A stretch of 64,000 bases of DNA. It comes from a virus. Taxonomy: Duplodnaviria; Heunggongvirae; Uroviricota; Caudoviricetes. Below the pieces are notes generated by a model. It ran no database searches and was not told the origin of the DNA. It worked only from the letters and a program-made list of their open reading frames with translations. The position numbers were made by a program, and so were the translations under genes. Positions 45,948-55,793 of the stretch are shown piece after piece. The stretch's first letter is position 1; every line of letters begins with the position of its first letter. The stretch lies in the IMG/VR virus record IMGVR_UViG_3300009941_000125, positions 31,540 to 95,539 of that record; one strand, written 5' to 3'.

Positions 45948-47034
45948 TTTTTCTCCTTTCTAATAAATCAACAAAATATTTTACATCCATAAACTCTAAC
46001 TTTTCAATTTGTTTTTTATATAAATTAAATTTAGATAGTTTACTCATACTTAATAAATTATTATACTTTTTAATAAAATCTTCTGGCGAATCAACAATTA
46101 ATTCTGGAATTAAATAAAATTCTATCCCGTTAAACTCTCTAAACCCAATAGGTAGACTACCAAAGTATAGTGTCTCTAATATTCTTGCTGTCATGTGGCC
46201 ATATTCTAAATAACTTTTTTTAGCTAATAACGGTGAACAAATTGAATCGCCATAAACTTCCAGAAAACGATCTTTAGCTATTCTGTCATTATAACTTATA
46301 TTAGGCCATTTTTTACTAATTCTATCAAATTCATCAGGATATTTCTTCCAATTACCATAAAATTTAACTTTATTGGAATATTCATTAGAAAGAGGTTTTA
46401 TATATTTATCAATCATTTCTTCTCTTTCATAATTATTCCCAACATATAATACAACGTCGCTATACCTCTCACTTAACCCATAATCCATAATTTTTCTCAT
46501 ATCAAAAGGAACATGTATTCTTTGTCTTTTTTTAGTTATATACCTAGGTGTTGTTGAGGTTTCAACAAAATTAGCTCTTATATATTTTTTCTCGTCATCA
46601 CTAGTAACTTTATGATCTTGATCCCAAATCATTATTTTAGTTTCATTTTTATTATGATAATATTCTAAAATTTCATTTTGCCTTTGAAGATCAGGAGTAT
46701 ACCCTTGAGTTTTTATATCTTTTAATGTATTCCTTCCAGGTATAGGCCATCTCCATTCAACATATAAAATATCTAATTCAGGAAAATTATCCTTCTCAAC
46801 AAAATTTAATAGCTCATAAGCTTCTTTTCTATCTCGAGCCAAAAAGTTTTTAAATATTAACTCTTCGCCCAATTTACCATCCCTATCCTCTTGAAGAGCA
46901 TATATTTTATATCCTCTTTTATGTAATTCAAATATAAGATGCGGTAAATAGAAATTAGCGCCAGAAGGACTGTCGGGAACATTATCGCCCAAATAAGACC
47001 AAAAAGATAAACCTACCGACTTGTTTTTTCCCAT
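45940..47034 (-). CDS. GT-B-fold glycosyltransferase-like protein; possible DNA hydroxymethylpyrimidine glycosyltransferase.
   Basis: 364 aa with a GT-B-like N-terminus. Blocks YVGNNYEREEM, FYGNWKKYP and RILETLYFGS recall, from memory, T4 beta-glucosyltransferase blocks YGGSFRSGQRE, FFGNAREKQFKNPKYPW and RVWETMASDAV. The similarity is weak and unverified. Confidence 0.4.
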   Translation of the reverse strand: MGKNKSVGLSFWSYLGDNVPDSPSGANFYLPHLIFELHKRGYKIYALQEDRDGKLGEELIFKNFLARDRKEAYELLNFVEKDNFPELDILYVEWRWPIPGRNTLKDIKTQGYTPDLQRQNEILEYYHNKNETKIMIWDQDHKVTSDDEKKYIRANFVETSTTPRYITKKRQRIHVPFDMRKIMDYGLSERYSDVVLYVGNNYEREEMIDKYIKPLSNEYSNKVKFYGNWKKYPDEFDRISKKWPNISYNDRIAKDRFLEVYGDSICSPLLAKKSYLEYGHMTARILETLYFGSLPIGFREFNGIEFYLIPELIVDSPEDFIKKYNNLLSMSKLSKFNLYKKQIEKLEFMDVKYFVDLLERRKNV

Positions 47035-47564
47035 TGAATAATCTCCTTTGTTATTTCATTGCTATCTTTCGTTGATGTGTCGATCTTCATTAACGGCAAT
47101 TTAGTCATTTTTAAATATTTTTTATATAAGCTGCAGGCCTTAATTATTTGTTTATCATTAAATCTATCATCACTTCTTTCTTTATAACGTTTTTTAATTA
47201 TATTAGAATTAGCAAAAAGAAAATATATTTTAGCCTCACATAATGCAGCTATCATTTTATCATATTTTTTAATATATTCTAAATCAAATTCTCTATTAAC
47301 TAATTCTGAATAAACTGCGTGACTCCATATAAATCTATCCATAATAATATAAGAATCTTTTGTCTTTCCTAAACTTTCAAATGCTTTGTATGTTTGATAA
47401 AACATATCTAATCTAAATTGAGACCATAAATCCACTTCTTTGTGAGTTAAATTTTTAGGCGGACCACCTGATGTAACAATTCTTGAATTAGACAATGTTT
47501 TTGCCAGCTTATTCGCAACAGTAGTTTTATAGCACAAATCTGGGCCTTCTAAAATTATTATCAT
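47013..47564 (-). CDS. P-loop deoxynucleotide kinase (dNMP/dTMP-kinase-like).
   Basis: 183 aa with N-terminal IIILEGPDLCYKTT (degenerate Walker A) and a DRF motif; the size fits nucleotide monophosphate kinases. Confidence 0.55.
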   Translation of the reverse strand: MIIILEGPDLCYKTTVANKLAKTLSNSRIVTSGGPPKNLTHKEVDLWSQFRLDMFYQTYKAFESLGKTKDSYIIMDRFIWSHAVYSELVNREFDLEYIKKYDKMIAALCEAKIYFLFANSNIIKKRYKERSDDRFNDKQIIKACSLYKKYLKMTKLPLMKIDTSTKDSNEITKEIIQWEKTSR

Positions 47565-48661
47565 ATGCTTTTTAAAATCTCCTTAGATAAATCTATTGCT
47601 TGTTTAATCGCAACATCCATATTTATATATTGAAACCTACCTAATCTTCCTGCAAAAATAACATTAGGCGGAATTAATTTAACATATTTATTATATAACA
47701 TTTTATTTGATTCATCTTGCATAGGATAGCTTTTATTATATCCACTAGCAATACCTGGATATTCTATCGCTTTAACTACAGGACTTCCTATATTATTATA
47801 AAATTGATTCATTTCTGTAATTCTAACGTAATCAATATTCTCATTAGGGTAATTATAAACGGCACATTTTTGATTTATTAAAGCAGATGATTCAAACACA
47901 ATATTTTGACCTCTATATTCTAATCTGCCTAATTGATAATTAAAAAACTCATCTATCGGTGATGTAACAATAAGTAAATCACGTTTTTTATATATATCAT
48001 CAAACGTTTTATATTCCTGCCTTAAAATTAATTCAATATTTTTATTATCTATCATGTTTTTCATCATATCATAATAACCACTAACTGGAATACCTTGATA
48101 TTTATCTACAAAAAATCTATCATCATAATTATATTTAATTGGAATCCTTCCAGCAAAAGAAGGTGTTAATTTAGAAGGATCTTTACCCCATTGCTTTTTT
48201 GTATACCCATTAATAAATTTATCGTATAAAGTCTTTCCGATTTTCTTTATCATAACGTTTTTAAAATTACTATCATCAAAAACGTCTTTAACCTCGTTTA
48301 TTTGTTTATCAATAAACAATTTAGCTTCTTCAGAACTCATGTTTTTATTAAAAACCTTATTTATAGTATTTAAATTTATAGGCCAATCATATTCTTCATT
48401 ACCAATAACAACCTTTACTTTATGAATATAATCATTTAAAGTTGTAAATTTATTTAATAAATCAATAGCCTCTTGATGATTAGTATGAAAAATATGCGGA
48501 CCAAATTCTTGTATTATAACGCCATCATCATTTTTAAAATCATGGCAATGACCCCCAAGACGCTTATTTTTCTCAATAATAGTAATATCTAAACTTGAAC
48601 CTAAAAGATGAGCTAGCGTACAACCTGTTAACCCAGCCCCTATAATTATAACTTTTTTCAT
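47561..48661 (-). CDS. glf: UDP-galactopyranose mutase.
   Basis: 366 aa with GAGLTGCTLA (FAD), FGPHIFHTN, GYTKKQWG, RIPIKYN, DRYQGIPVSGY, LEYR, YVRITEMN and FAGRLGRFQY, in near-complete collinearity with bacterial Glf. Confidence 0.9.
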   Translation of the reverse strand: MKKVIIIGAGLTGCTLAHLLGSSLDITIIEKNKRLGGHCHDFKNDDGVIIQEFGPHIFHTNHQEAIDLLNKFTTLNDYIHKVKVVIGNEEYDWPINLNTINKVFNKNMSSEEAKLFIDKQINEVKDVFDDSNFKNVMIKKIGKTLYDKFINGYTKKQWGKDPSKLTPSFAGRIPIKYNYDDRFFVDKYQGIPVSGYYDMMKNMIDNKNIELILRQEYKTFDDIYKKRDLLIVTSPIDEFFNYQLGRLEYRGQNIVFESSALINQKCAVYNYPNENIDYVRITEMNQFYNNIGSPVVKAIEYPGIASGYNKSYPMQDESNKMLYNKYVKLIPPNVIFAGRLGRFQYINMDVAIKQAIDLSKEILKSI

Positions 48662-48769
48662 ATTGATAATACCCCTTGTAGAACCTTTTTTTGATAAGGA
48701 ACTCCTGGGTTCTGACTAATTATTAATAACTTAACATTAGTTCCACAAAACCCAGGCGATATTACTTTC

Positions 48770-49108
48770 CTAGTAGCCCTTTTGTTGTCTTTCATGATTT
48801 ACTTTGTTCTTTTTTAAATAGCAATTATATAAATCTGAAGCATCCCATTTGTTAATAATAGCTAATTCAATAAAGAAATGCAAAACGTCAATATATTCTT
48901 CAAACAACTTTTCCTTATTAACTGGAGTTAATTTTTTCCAGTGTTTTCTTCGGGGAATTTCTTTTCTCATTTCAATAAGCTCTTCTATACAATGATCGAT
49001 AAATTCTAAACTTAGAACCTCTCTCTCTATATCAGACAAGCCATCAAAATTAATAAATTTTTCCCCGAACGCTCTTTGTAACCTAAAAATTTCTTCTAAT
49101 GTACCCAT
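48770..49108 (-). CDS. MazG-like nucleoside triphosphate pyrophosphohydrolase.
   Basis: 112 aa with the EExxE (CIEELIEMRKE) ... ExxD (FEEYIDV) metal-binding motif pair of the all-alpha NTP-PPase fold. Confidence 0.6.
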   Translation of the reverse strand: MGTLEEIFRLQRAFGEKFINFDGLSDIEREVLSLEFIDHCIEELIEMRKEIPRRKHWKKLTPVNKEKLFEEYIDVLHFFIELAIINKWDASDLYNCYLKKNKVNHERQQKGY

Positions 49109-49117
49109 TACATCTCC

Positions 49118-49867
49118 TTAATCTAAAAGATCATCGTCATCGTCATCGTCGTCTTCTTCTACAGCTTTGGGAGCCACTTTAGCGGCTGATCTTGTAGAAG
49201 TTTCTTTTTTTTCACCTCTTCTAGACTCTTTTACTGGCTCTTCTTTCTTTTTATCACTACCTACACCATCAAAACTTTTCCCATTTCCTTTATCTTTCAA
49301 AAGAGCCTCTATCTCTTCTTTTGTTTTGGTATAAGCAATAACGACTTCGTCTAAATCAATATCATCTTTTTGTGCCAATTCTTTCTCTGTCAAGCCGCGG
49401 ACTGTACTTCTAATATCATGAAGTTCATATTCAATCCAATTATTCTTGTTTCTTTTCTTAGAAAAAGAATAATCAACATCTGTTATGTCTCCATTTTCTT
49501 CATAATCATCTGCAAGCATATTACGTACACCGCGTGTTCCTTCTAATAATTTAGCTTTATTGTCTTCTCTATCAATAACAATTGCTAAAATTTTCTCCAC
49601 AGCTTTACCAACTGGAACTTTAAATCCATCTTCAGCTATTTTACATAGTGGGCAATCAAATTCATCATTTTCTGGATCGTTTAAGCAAAGAACGCTTCCT
49701 TTAAATCCATTTGATAAATTAAGGTAATGCCTTTTCCAAACAACGATGTCTTCTCCACCTGTTAAAAACCTTATAACCTTTGTATCATTTTCCTTTATTT
49801 TGAACCAAGGAAATGAACTGTCTGCACTTGAACTTTGTGAAAAACTACCTAATCCTTTTTTAACCAT
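49118..49867 (-). CDS. Single-stranded DNA-binding protein (gp32-like) with an acidic C-terminal tail.
   Basis: 249 aa with H...C-x10-C-x2-C arranged as in T4 gp32, and an Asp-rich C-terminus. Confidence 0.5.
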   Translation of the reverse strand: MVKKGLGSFSQSSSADSSFPWFKIKENDTKVIRFLTGGEDIVVWKRHYLNLSNGFKGSVLCLNDPENDEFDCPLCKIAEDGFKVPVGKAVEKILAIVIDREDNKAKLLEGTRGVRNMLADDYEENGDITDVDYSFSKKRNKNNWIEYELHDIRSTVRGLTEKELAQKDDIDLDEVVIAYTKTKEEIEALLKDKGNGKSFDGVGSDKKKEEPVKESRRGEKKETSTRSAAKVAPKAVEEDDDDDDDDLLD

Positions 49868-49887
49868 CTTATTTTCCTCCTTTTATT

Positions 49888-50775
49888 TTAAACCGGAACA
49901 CCAAATGACTTTTTATTTGAGTCATCACCCCCTATATTAGAAAAGTTTTCAAATTCTGACCATCTTTTTATAAAAGAAGTAAACTTAAAGTAATCATTAA
50001 ATATTTTTTTAACTAATTTTATTTTTTTATCTCTTTTATCAATAATTATATTTTCAATATTATCCACGATTCTTATTAACCTTCTATTTAATAATAAAAG
50101 CTTTTTATTTTCATTAACTCGTGTTAAACTTTTTTCCATGCTAGAAGACTCTATTAAAGTATCTAAACTTTTATATTTTACTATTAATTTTAACGCACCT
50201 TTTATCCCTATACCTTTAATGCCCTTAATATTGTCTGCTCCATCTCCAGTTATGCAAAAAACATCTTCTAATTTTTCTGGCGAAACGCCATATTCATCCT
50301 CAACCATATCTTTTGTATATAACTTTCTATTACTTCCTTCACGTAAAACCATAATATTTTCTGTTATTAATTGCAAGAAATCATGATCGCCAGAAACTAT
50401 AATAACTTTGTTATTTTTACCATACCTTTTAGCTAACGTTCCAATAATATCATCAGCCTCTTCACCAATCATATATGTTTGCTTCATCCCTAAATCATCT
50501 AATAATTGCCTTAATATTGTTAATTGCTGATAAAACCCATTTACCATATCTGAAGATCTATTTGCTTTATAATCACTACAGATTGCTTTTCGTCTATCAC
50601 TTCCACCATCATAACACAAAATTAAATCTTTTGGATGATAACGTTGTGCTAATGACAACAATATATTTAATGAACCATATATTAACCCAGTTGGTGTACC
50701 ATCTTCCATTGATAAATTTTTAAAAGCCCAATAAGCTCTATGCATAAGGTGGTGCATATCTACCAACATTATCAT
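49888..50775 (-). CDS. 5'-3' exonuclease / flap endonuclease (FEN-family).
   Basis: 295 aa with N-terminal MLVDMHHLMHRAYWA, ITGDGADNIKGIKGIGIKGALKLI (the helix-3-turn-helix) and acidic metal-site residues. Confidence 0.85.
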   Translation of the reverse strand: MIMLVDMHHLMHRAYWAFKNLSMEDGTPTGLIYGSLNILLSLAQRYHPKDLILCYDGGSDRRKAICSDYKANRSSDMVNGFYQQLTILRQLLDDLGMKQTYMIGEEADDIIGTLAKRYGKNNKVIIVSGDHDFLQLITENIMVLREGSNRKLYTKDMVEDEYGVSPEKLEDVFCITGDGADNIKGIKGIGIKGALKLIVKYKSLDTLIESSSMEKSLTRVNENKKLLLLNRRLIRIVDNIENIIIDKRDKKIKLVKKIFNDYFKFTSFIKRWSEFENFSNIGGDDSNKKSFGVPV

Positions 50776-50793
50776 TTTTTTAATACCATAATT

Positions 50794-51714
50794 TTAATAT
50801 ATTAACTCCATTTCATCAATACCTTCATTTATTTGTTCTTCTGTCATATCCCCAATATCTTTAATATCCGCATTTTTATATTTAAAGCTAAAAATCTTAA
50901 TTTTCCCTTTTAGTTTTTTAATAATTTTTTCTTTAGCTAATTTACCGGCTTTATCATTATCTACAGCGATAATAACTCTGTCAAATCTTCTTAATATAGT
51001 TCTTTCATGATATTCAGACAAATTACTACCTTGAATTGCAACAGCACACCTTATTCCAGCTTGAAATGCTTTTAAAACATCAAAATGACCCTCTACAATA
51101 ATTACGTCTTTGCTTATTTTTTCAACCAAATGTAATCCATATAATATTAAATGTTTTTTATATCCATTTTGAGGAATCAATGGATAATATTTTCTTTTTG
51201 AATCAGCAATTGGTCTTGCTAAAACAGCAATTAATTTTCCATTTTCATCTCTAATAGGAATTGTAATATTATTATTATAAAAACCTATTTCAAACTGCTT
51301 TAAAATATTTTCGCTAAACCCTCTTTTTATCATATAATCATAATTGTTATAATCAAAGCCACTTAATATATTTTCATCAATTTCTTCATTTAATTCAATT
51401 TTATGTGTCTTTGAATAATTAATATCATTTAGTTCTTCATTTAATCTATCTAATTGCGTATTTTTATCATCACTATCATTATTAATTAAATCTTCGGCGC
51501 TAGCTCTACCAACGTTTTCAAGTTTTGATATTAAATCAATAAAATCTCCAGCGCCACAACCAGCAAAACAAATATATTTACCTGTTTTTAAATTAATTGA
51601 AAAAGAAGGGTTCTTATCATCATGTAACGGGCAACAACATAATAACTCATCCCCCCTTAATATTCCTTTTTCTAAATTATATTTTTCTAATATTTTATAA
51701 TAATCAACAGACAT
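50794..51714 (-). CDS. dnaG: DNA primase (DnaG-type) with a CHC2 zinc finger and a TOPRIM domain.
   Basis: 306 aa with CCPLHDDKNPSFSIN...CFAGCG and IIVEGHFDVLKAF...AVDNDKAG. Confidence 0.85.
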   Translation of the reverse strand: MSVDYYKILEKYNLEKGILRGDELLCCCPLHDDKNPSFSINLKTGKYICFAGCGAGDFIDLISKLENVGRASAEDLINNDSDDKNTQLDRLNEELNDINYSKTHKIELNEEIDENILSGFDYNNYDYMIKRGFSENILKQFEIGFYNNNITIPIRDENGKLIAVLARPIADSKRKYYPLIPQNGYKKHLILYGLHLVEKISKDVIIVEGHFDVLKAFQAGIRCAVAIQGSNLSEYHERTILRRFDRVIIAVDNDKAGKLAKEKIIKKLKGKIKIFSFKYKNADIKDIGDMTEEQINEGIDEMELIY

Positions 51715-52933
51715 CTTTAGCCTCTTCTATAATAGATTCTCTTAAATTCCAATCAAGAGTTACGTTAACATTCTCATCATCTCTATTTTTAAGAATGCCA
51801 AATAACATTTTATTATCATCCTTTAAATCATCATTTTGATGAAGAGCCATAACTATATCTGAATGTGCAGCTATAGCATATGAATGAGCCACATCTTCTA
51901 GTTTAGGAAGACCTACGCTTTCTCTATTAAAACCTCTATGAACTTGGGCTAAAGCAATAATCGGAATATTAATATCTTTATCTTTAGCAATATTTTTTAA
52001 ATCCCTCATAATATTATCAATTCTAACCCACACATCTTTTGATCTTGCATCATCTTTAATTAATGAAACGTAATCAACAATACAAATATCAGGCTTATGT
52101 TCTATTATTTTAGCAAAAATTGATGTTGTTGTACACCTAGAAGGAGTAGAAACAACAAACTCAGGGTGTCCCTCTCTTATATCCAATAAGTGCTTTTTAT
52201 ATATTTCAAGCTCTTGACTCTCTAATTGAATATGTTTAATTTTACTATGTCTTAAACCAGTAATTAATGAATCAAATCTATTAGAAAGCTGAGTTGAACT
52301 CATCTCTAAAGATATATATAAAGGTTTGAATCCATTTAACCATGCACTTTTAGCTAAAAATACAGCTAAATAACTTTTACCCATACCTGGAAGACCCATA
52401 ATAGCAATTAATTCTCCACCGTGAAAACCATTAGTTAAATTATCAATGGTTTTTAATCCAGTTGGTATTCCAACTAAAGATTTTCCTCCAGCTTTACTTA
52501 ATCTAATATACCTCTTTAACCTTTTTTTAGAATTAGCAATAATGTTAACGTCTTCTCTATTATGAGAAACAGCCTTTAGGTCTAACATTTCATTTCCTAT
52601 AAAATTAAGCACATCGCTAGGTTTATCATTTTTTAACATATTGATACTTCTAGAAAGCATCTCTGTTAATTTAGATTCATATTTTTGTTCTATAATTTCA
52701 TTAATAAAAAAACCAACTTGACCTTTTTCTTCAATATATTCAAATTCAGGAAACTCTTTATTAATTATTGCGATAGATGGAACTTTTTTATACTCAATAT
52801 AATATTTTTTAAGAAATAAATATAGTTCTTTGTTTAATCTAATTTTAAAAAAACCTTCGTTAATTGCTTTTAAAGCAGGAATAATATGACCTTGAGTAAT
52901 AATAGAGTTTAATAATAAATGTTCTGTATTCAT
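51704..52933 (-). CDS. dnaB: Replicative DNA helicase (DnaB-like).
   Basis: 409 aa with GIPTGLKTIDNLTNGFHGGELIAIMGLPGMGKSYLA and the RecA-like motifs H1a, H2 and H4. Confidence 0.85.
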   Translation of the reverse strand: MNTEHLLLNSIITQGHIIPALKAINEGFFKIRLNKELYLFLKKYYIEYKKVPSIAIINKEFPEFEYIEEKGQVGFFINEIIEQKYESKLTEMLSRSINMLKNDKPSDVLNFIGNEMLDLKAVSHNREDVNIIANSKKRLKRYIRLSKAGGKSLVGIPTGLKTIDNLTNGFHGGELIAIMGLPGMGKSYLAVFLAKSAWLNGFKPLYISLEMSSTQLSNRFDSLITGLRHSKIKHIQLESQELEIYKKHLLDIREGHPEFVVSTPSRCTTTSIFAKIIEHKPDICIVDYVSLIKDDARSKDVWVRIDNIMRDLKNIAKDKDINIPIIALAQVHRGFNRESVGLPKLEDVAHSYAIAAHSDIVMALHQNDDLKDDNKMLFGILKNRDDENVNVTLDWNLRESIIEEAKDVC

Positions 52934-53643
52934 TTTATTGTTTTATAATTTCCTTTTTTGACTATTTCTTTTAATTTTGAACTAATATCTTTTCTAAAAT
53001 CACTGCCTAACATATGCATATGAATCATTTTACCATAAATTAAAGACACTAAACTTTCTCCACATCTATGACTATAATCAGTTTTTAGCTCTTCAACATT
53101 TCTGTTTGAAGTAATAATAGTGGGGCTTCTTCTATATCTAATTGTTTTGTCTAAAATACTTTCGGATAAACTTGATTTATTTTCTTTACCAAGATCATCA
53201 ATAATTAAAAAGTCTGAATTTTCAATATTCTTTTCAAACGCCAACTTAGCACTATCACTCTTCCATGAACTTGTAAACATAGAAAGAATCTCAGAATAAG
53301 AAACAAAAAAGCAATTGTACTTTTTCTCTAAAGCAGCTTTAATAATAGTAACAGCCAAAAGAGTTTTTCCAGTTCCATTCTTCCCCCATAAAAAAACCCC
53401 AACAGCATGCTTATAATAATTGTCTATATTGTCAATGTAATCTTTAACTTCTTTTTCATATTCTCTTCTTCCATGGAAATCAGATAAATCTTTAAACCAA
53501 TATTCATATGGTATATTTGATCTAATGTATAGCTTCATCAGCCTTTTTTGTTCTTTACAATCACACGTGAAGTTATCATCGACGAGGTTACTGTCTTGTT
53601 TGAAACTTTTACAAGTGGGGCAAATATTCGAATTTGATAACAT
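52930..53643 (-). CDS. DnaC/IstB-like AAA+ helicase loader with an N-terminal zinc ribbon.
   Basis: 237 aa with CPTCK...CDC, then Walker A LWGKNGTGKTLLA and Walker B FLIIDDLGKE. Confidence 0.7.
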   Translation of the reverse strand: MLSNSNICPTCKSFKQDSNLVDDNFTCDCKEQKRLMKLYIRSNIPYEYWFKDLSDFHGRREYEKEVKDYIDNIDNYYKHAVGVFLWGKNGTGKTLLAVTIIKAALEKKYNCFFVSYSEILSMFTSSWKSDSAKLAFEKNIENSDFLIIDDLGKENKSSLSESILDKTIRYRRSPTIITSNRNVEELKTDYSHRCGESLVSLIYGKMIHMHMLGSDFRKDISSKLKEIVKKGNYKTIK

Positions 53644-53659
53644 TCTCGACCTCTCTTTT

Positions 53660-53697
53660 TTTTAATAAAGAGAGCTGAAGTTTTACCTCACTCCAGC
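53660..53697 (-). terminator. Rho-independent terminator after the HTH gene.
   Basis: On the minus strand: GCTGGAG-tgaggtaaaa-CTTCAGC (7 bp with one G-U) followed by TCTCTTTATT. Confidence 0.45.
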
Positions 53698-53708
53698 CCT
53701 CATTAGTT

Positions 53709-53897
53709 TTATCTAAAGCTGTTTAATTTATTCCTTTTATTCAAAAGACGTGATAAAGACGCCTTAGAGTAAAATGTTCTACACCCTTTCTTTTTCCACT
53801 TAAGATTATCTTTTCTAACCTCGTATAAATAATCTTCACTAATCCCCAAAAACTTAGCGGCGACTGGAGTAGGAACCATTTGTTGTAATTGAGCCAT
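53709..53897 (-). CDS. Helix-turn-helix DNA-binding protein (Xis/AlpA-like).
   Basis: 62 aa with VAAKFLGISEDYLYEVRK. Confidence 0.5.
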   Translation of the reverse strand: MAQLQQMVPTPVAAKFLGISEDYLYEVRKDNLKWKKKGCRTFYSKASLSRLLNKRNKLNSFR

Positions 53898-53913
53898 TTT
53901 TACCCTCCTTCAA

Positions 53914-54147
53914 CTATTCTTCGTCTTTATCAGCATCGTCATCTTCTTCTACACTATCTCCAACTTTATATTCGCTAGTGATTCTCTTTCTTTCACTATC
54001 AGCAATAGCTTTAACTTCTTGCCAAATTTTTCTAGCGATAGGTAAATGAGGCCCTTTTGCTTCTTTGTCCTCTAATTTATCATAATGATATTCTAAACCA
54101 CCAAGAAGAATCTCTAATTTTTCAAAAGCATTATTCATTAATTTCAC
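53914..54147 (-). CDS. Hypothetical acidic protein.
   Basis: 77 aa with a promoter-like motif upstream (54166..54194). Confidence 0.35.
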   Translation of the reverse strand: MKLMNNAFEKLEILLGGLEYHYDKLEDKEAKGPHLPIARKIWQEVKAIADSERKRITSEYKVGDSVEEDDDADKDEE

Positions 54148-54243
54148 CTCCTTTTCTATTACTTAATTATAATACACTTAAATCGGCTTGTACACTGTTA
54201 TTTTTATCTGTCGCTGCGGTTTTCATAAATTCTCTTATTTTTC

Positions 54244-54561
54244 TCATTTTTTACCATTATTAATTTTTACATCAATCCATGATAAATAATCACATTTAGG
54301 ATCAATACATTTAACTCGATAATAAGGTTTATTGGTTTTTGAAGAAAGACCTATTTTAACCGCTAAAACATCAGCTTTTTCACATTTAGGACATTCTTTA
54401 CCAATAATAATAACTTCATCAATATCAGAAGTTGCATTATCATCAATTAAACTACCCATATTAGTTAATTCTTTATCTAAATCTTTATCCTCAACAGTTT
54501 TTTCAATCTCTATATATGAATAAGCTTGTTTTTTAGGAATACGGCATGTTAATTTAACCAT
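54244..54561 (-). CDS. Zinc-ribbon protein.
   Basis: 105 aa with CPKCEK...CIDPKCDY. Confidence 0.4.
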   Translation of the reverse strand: MVKLTCRIPKKQAYSYIEIEKTVEDKDLDKELTNMGSLIDDNATSDIDEVIIIGKECPKCEKADVLAVKIGLSSKTNKPYYRVKCIDPKCDYLSWIDVKINNGKK

Positions 54562-54799
54562 TTTTCACCTCCTTAAATTTTTTATATTGTAATATGTTTT
54601 TATTTTTTTGATCAAATCTAGTTTTTATATCAATCAAAGTTTGCTTTATTCGTGCTTCATTATATTTCTTTACACTATTAAAACATTTTCTACAAAGAAC
54701 AGAGCCTTCGATTGATCTAGAGTTACACCCATTAGCGCATAAACTATCTTTATAGCTTTCTGTATTTTTGCCGAAATAGCTTCTTTCACCTTGTACCAT
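54554..54799 (-). CDS. Cys-rich small protein.
   Basis: 81-aa ORF. Confidence 0.35.
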   Translation of the reverse strand: MVQGERSYFGKNTESYKDSLCANGCNSRSIEGSVLCRKCFNSVKKYNEARIKQTLIDIKTRFDQKNKNILQYKKFKEVKNG

Positions 54800-54803
54800 T
54801 TAT

Positions 54804-55217
54804 TTATTCCTCTTTATGTTTTTTACAACAATTATTCGCATGGTATGGTTGTCCCCACTCTTTCCAACATTTTCTACAAAAACTTAGTCTTCTAGAAGAA
54901 AAACAATAAAACAAACTACCATAATCATCAAGTATTCTGTGCCACGCATAAGAATTTGGATTGGCGTCTTTTAATGCTTTTTTTTCAAATTTTAATGTTT
55001 CTTTTATAACTTCTCTCTCAAATGCTTCTACCCATTTTTTAGTTCGTTGAACATAAAAACCACCATTAGTGAATTCACATCCCTCTTGATGCACCCTAGG
55101 AAATTTCTTATTTATTAAATTAATTGCTTTATGTTGAGCTATATGATTATTGTATTCGTATTCTTTTTCAAAAAGATCTCCACAAAATTCACATTTCCAA
55201 GTAATTATTTTACCCAT
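54804..55217 (-). CDS. C2H2-type zinc-finger protein.
   Basis: 137 aa. CEFCGDLFEKEYEYNNHIAQH has C-x2-C-x12-H-x3-H, and a second Cys cluster sits at the C-terminus. Confidence 0.45.
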   Translation of the reverse strand: MGKIITWKCEFCGDLFEKEYEYNNHIAQHKAINLINKKFPRVHQEGCEFTNGGFYVQRTKKWVEAFEREVIKETLKFEKKALKDANPNSYAWHRILDDYGSLFYCFSSRRLSFCRKCWKEWGQPYHANNCCKKHKEE

Positions 55218-55237
55218 ATCATCTCCTTTGTTATTTC

Positions 55238-55672
55238 TTAACTCATCTTTACTACAAGTAATTCAAAAGATGATAAAGCCACTCCTACTTTTAATTGATG
55301 CCCATCACACCACAATCTAAGTAGGCCACTTTTAGACAAACAATCCATATTCCATCTTTGATTTGTATATACACTCTTCCCTTGATTATAACCACCAATA
55401 CCACACAGATTTATAACATCACTACACCCAGATAGTCTACATAATGGAATCCCATCTTTAACTGCAACAAAATCAATAAGTCTATACCCACTATCATGCA
55501 AGCCATCTTTCAAAGTACATGGTAATATAATTATCTGATCAAATAACTCTATATCTTCATCCCAATTTCTACCCGGTAGGTTTCTAAATTCCTTAATAGT
55601 CATTTCATTTATATCTTTAACTTTTGTCATTTTTTTACCCGCTCCTTCCAAGCGTAATTTTTCTTTACGCAA
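55238..55672 (-). CDS. hypothetical protein
   Basis: 144-aa ORF. Confidence 0.45.
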   Translation of the reverse strand: MRKEKLRLEGAGKKMTKVKDINEMTIKEFRNLPGRNWDEDIELFDQIIILPCTLKDGLHDSGYRLIDFVAVKDGIPLCRLSGCSDVINLCGIGGYNQGKSVYTNQRWNMDCLSKSGLLRLWCDGHQLKVGVALSSFELLVVKMS

Positions 55673-55793
55673 TTATCAATTGATGTTTGTATATTTTTTA
55701 CTCCTTGACCTTTAGGATGACAACAATCTCCGAAGTATTCATCTAAATATTTACATCCCTTACAGTTAGTTTCTTTTTTAACTTTACTCACCT

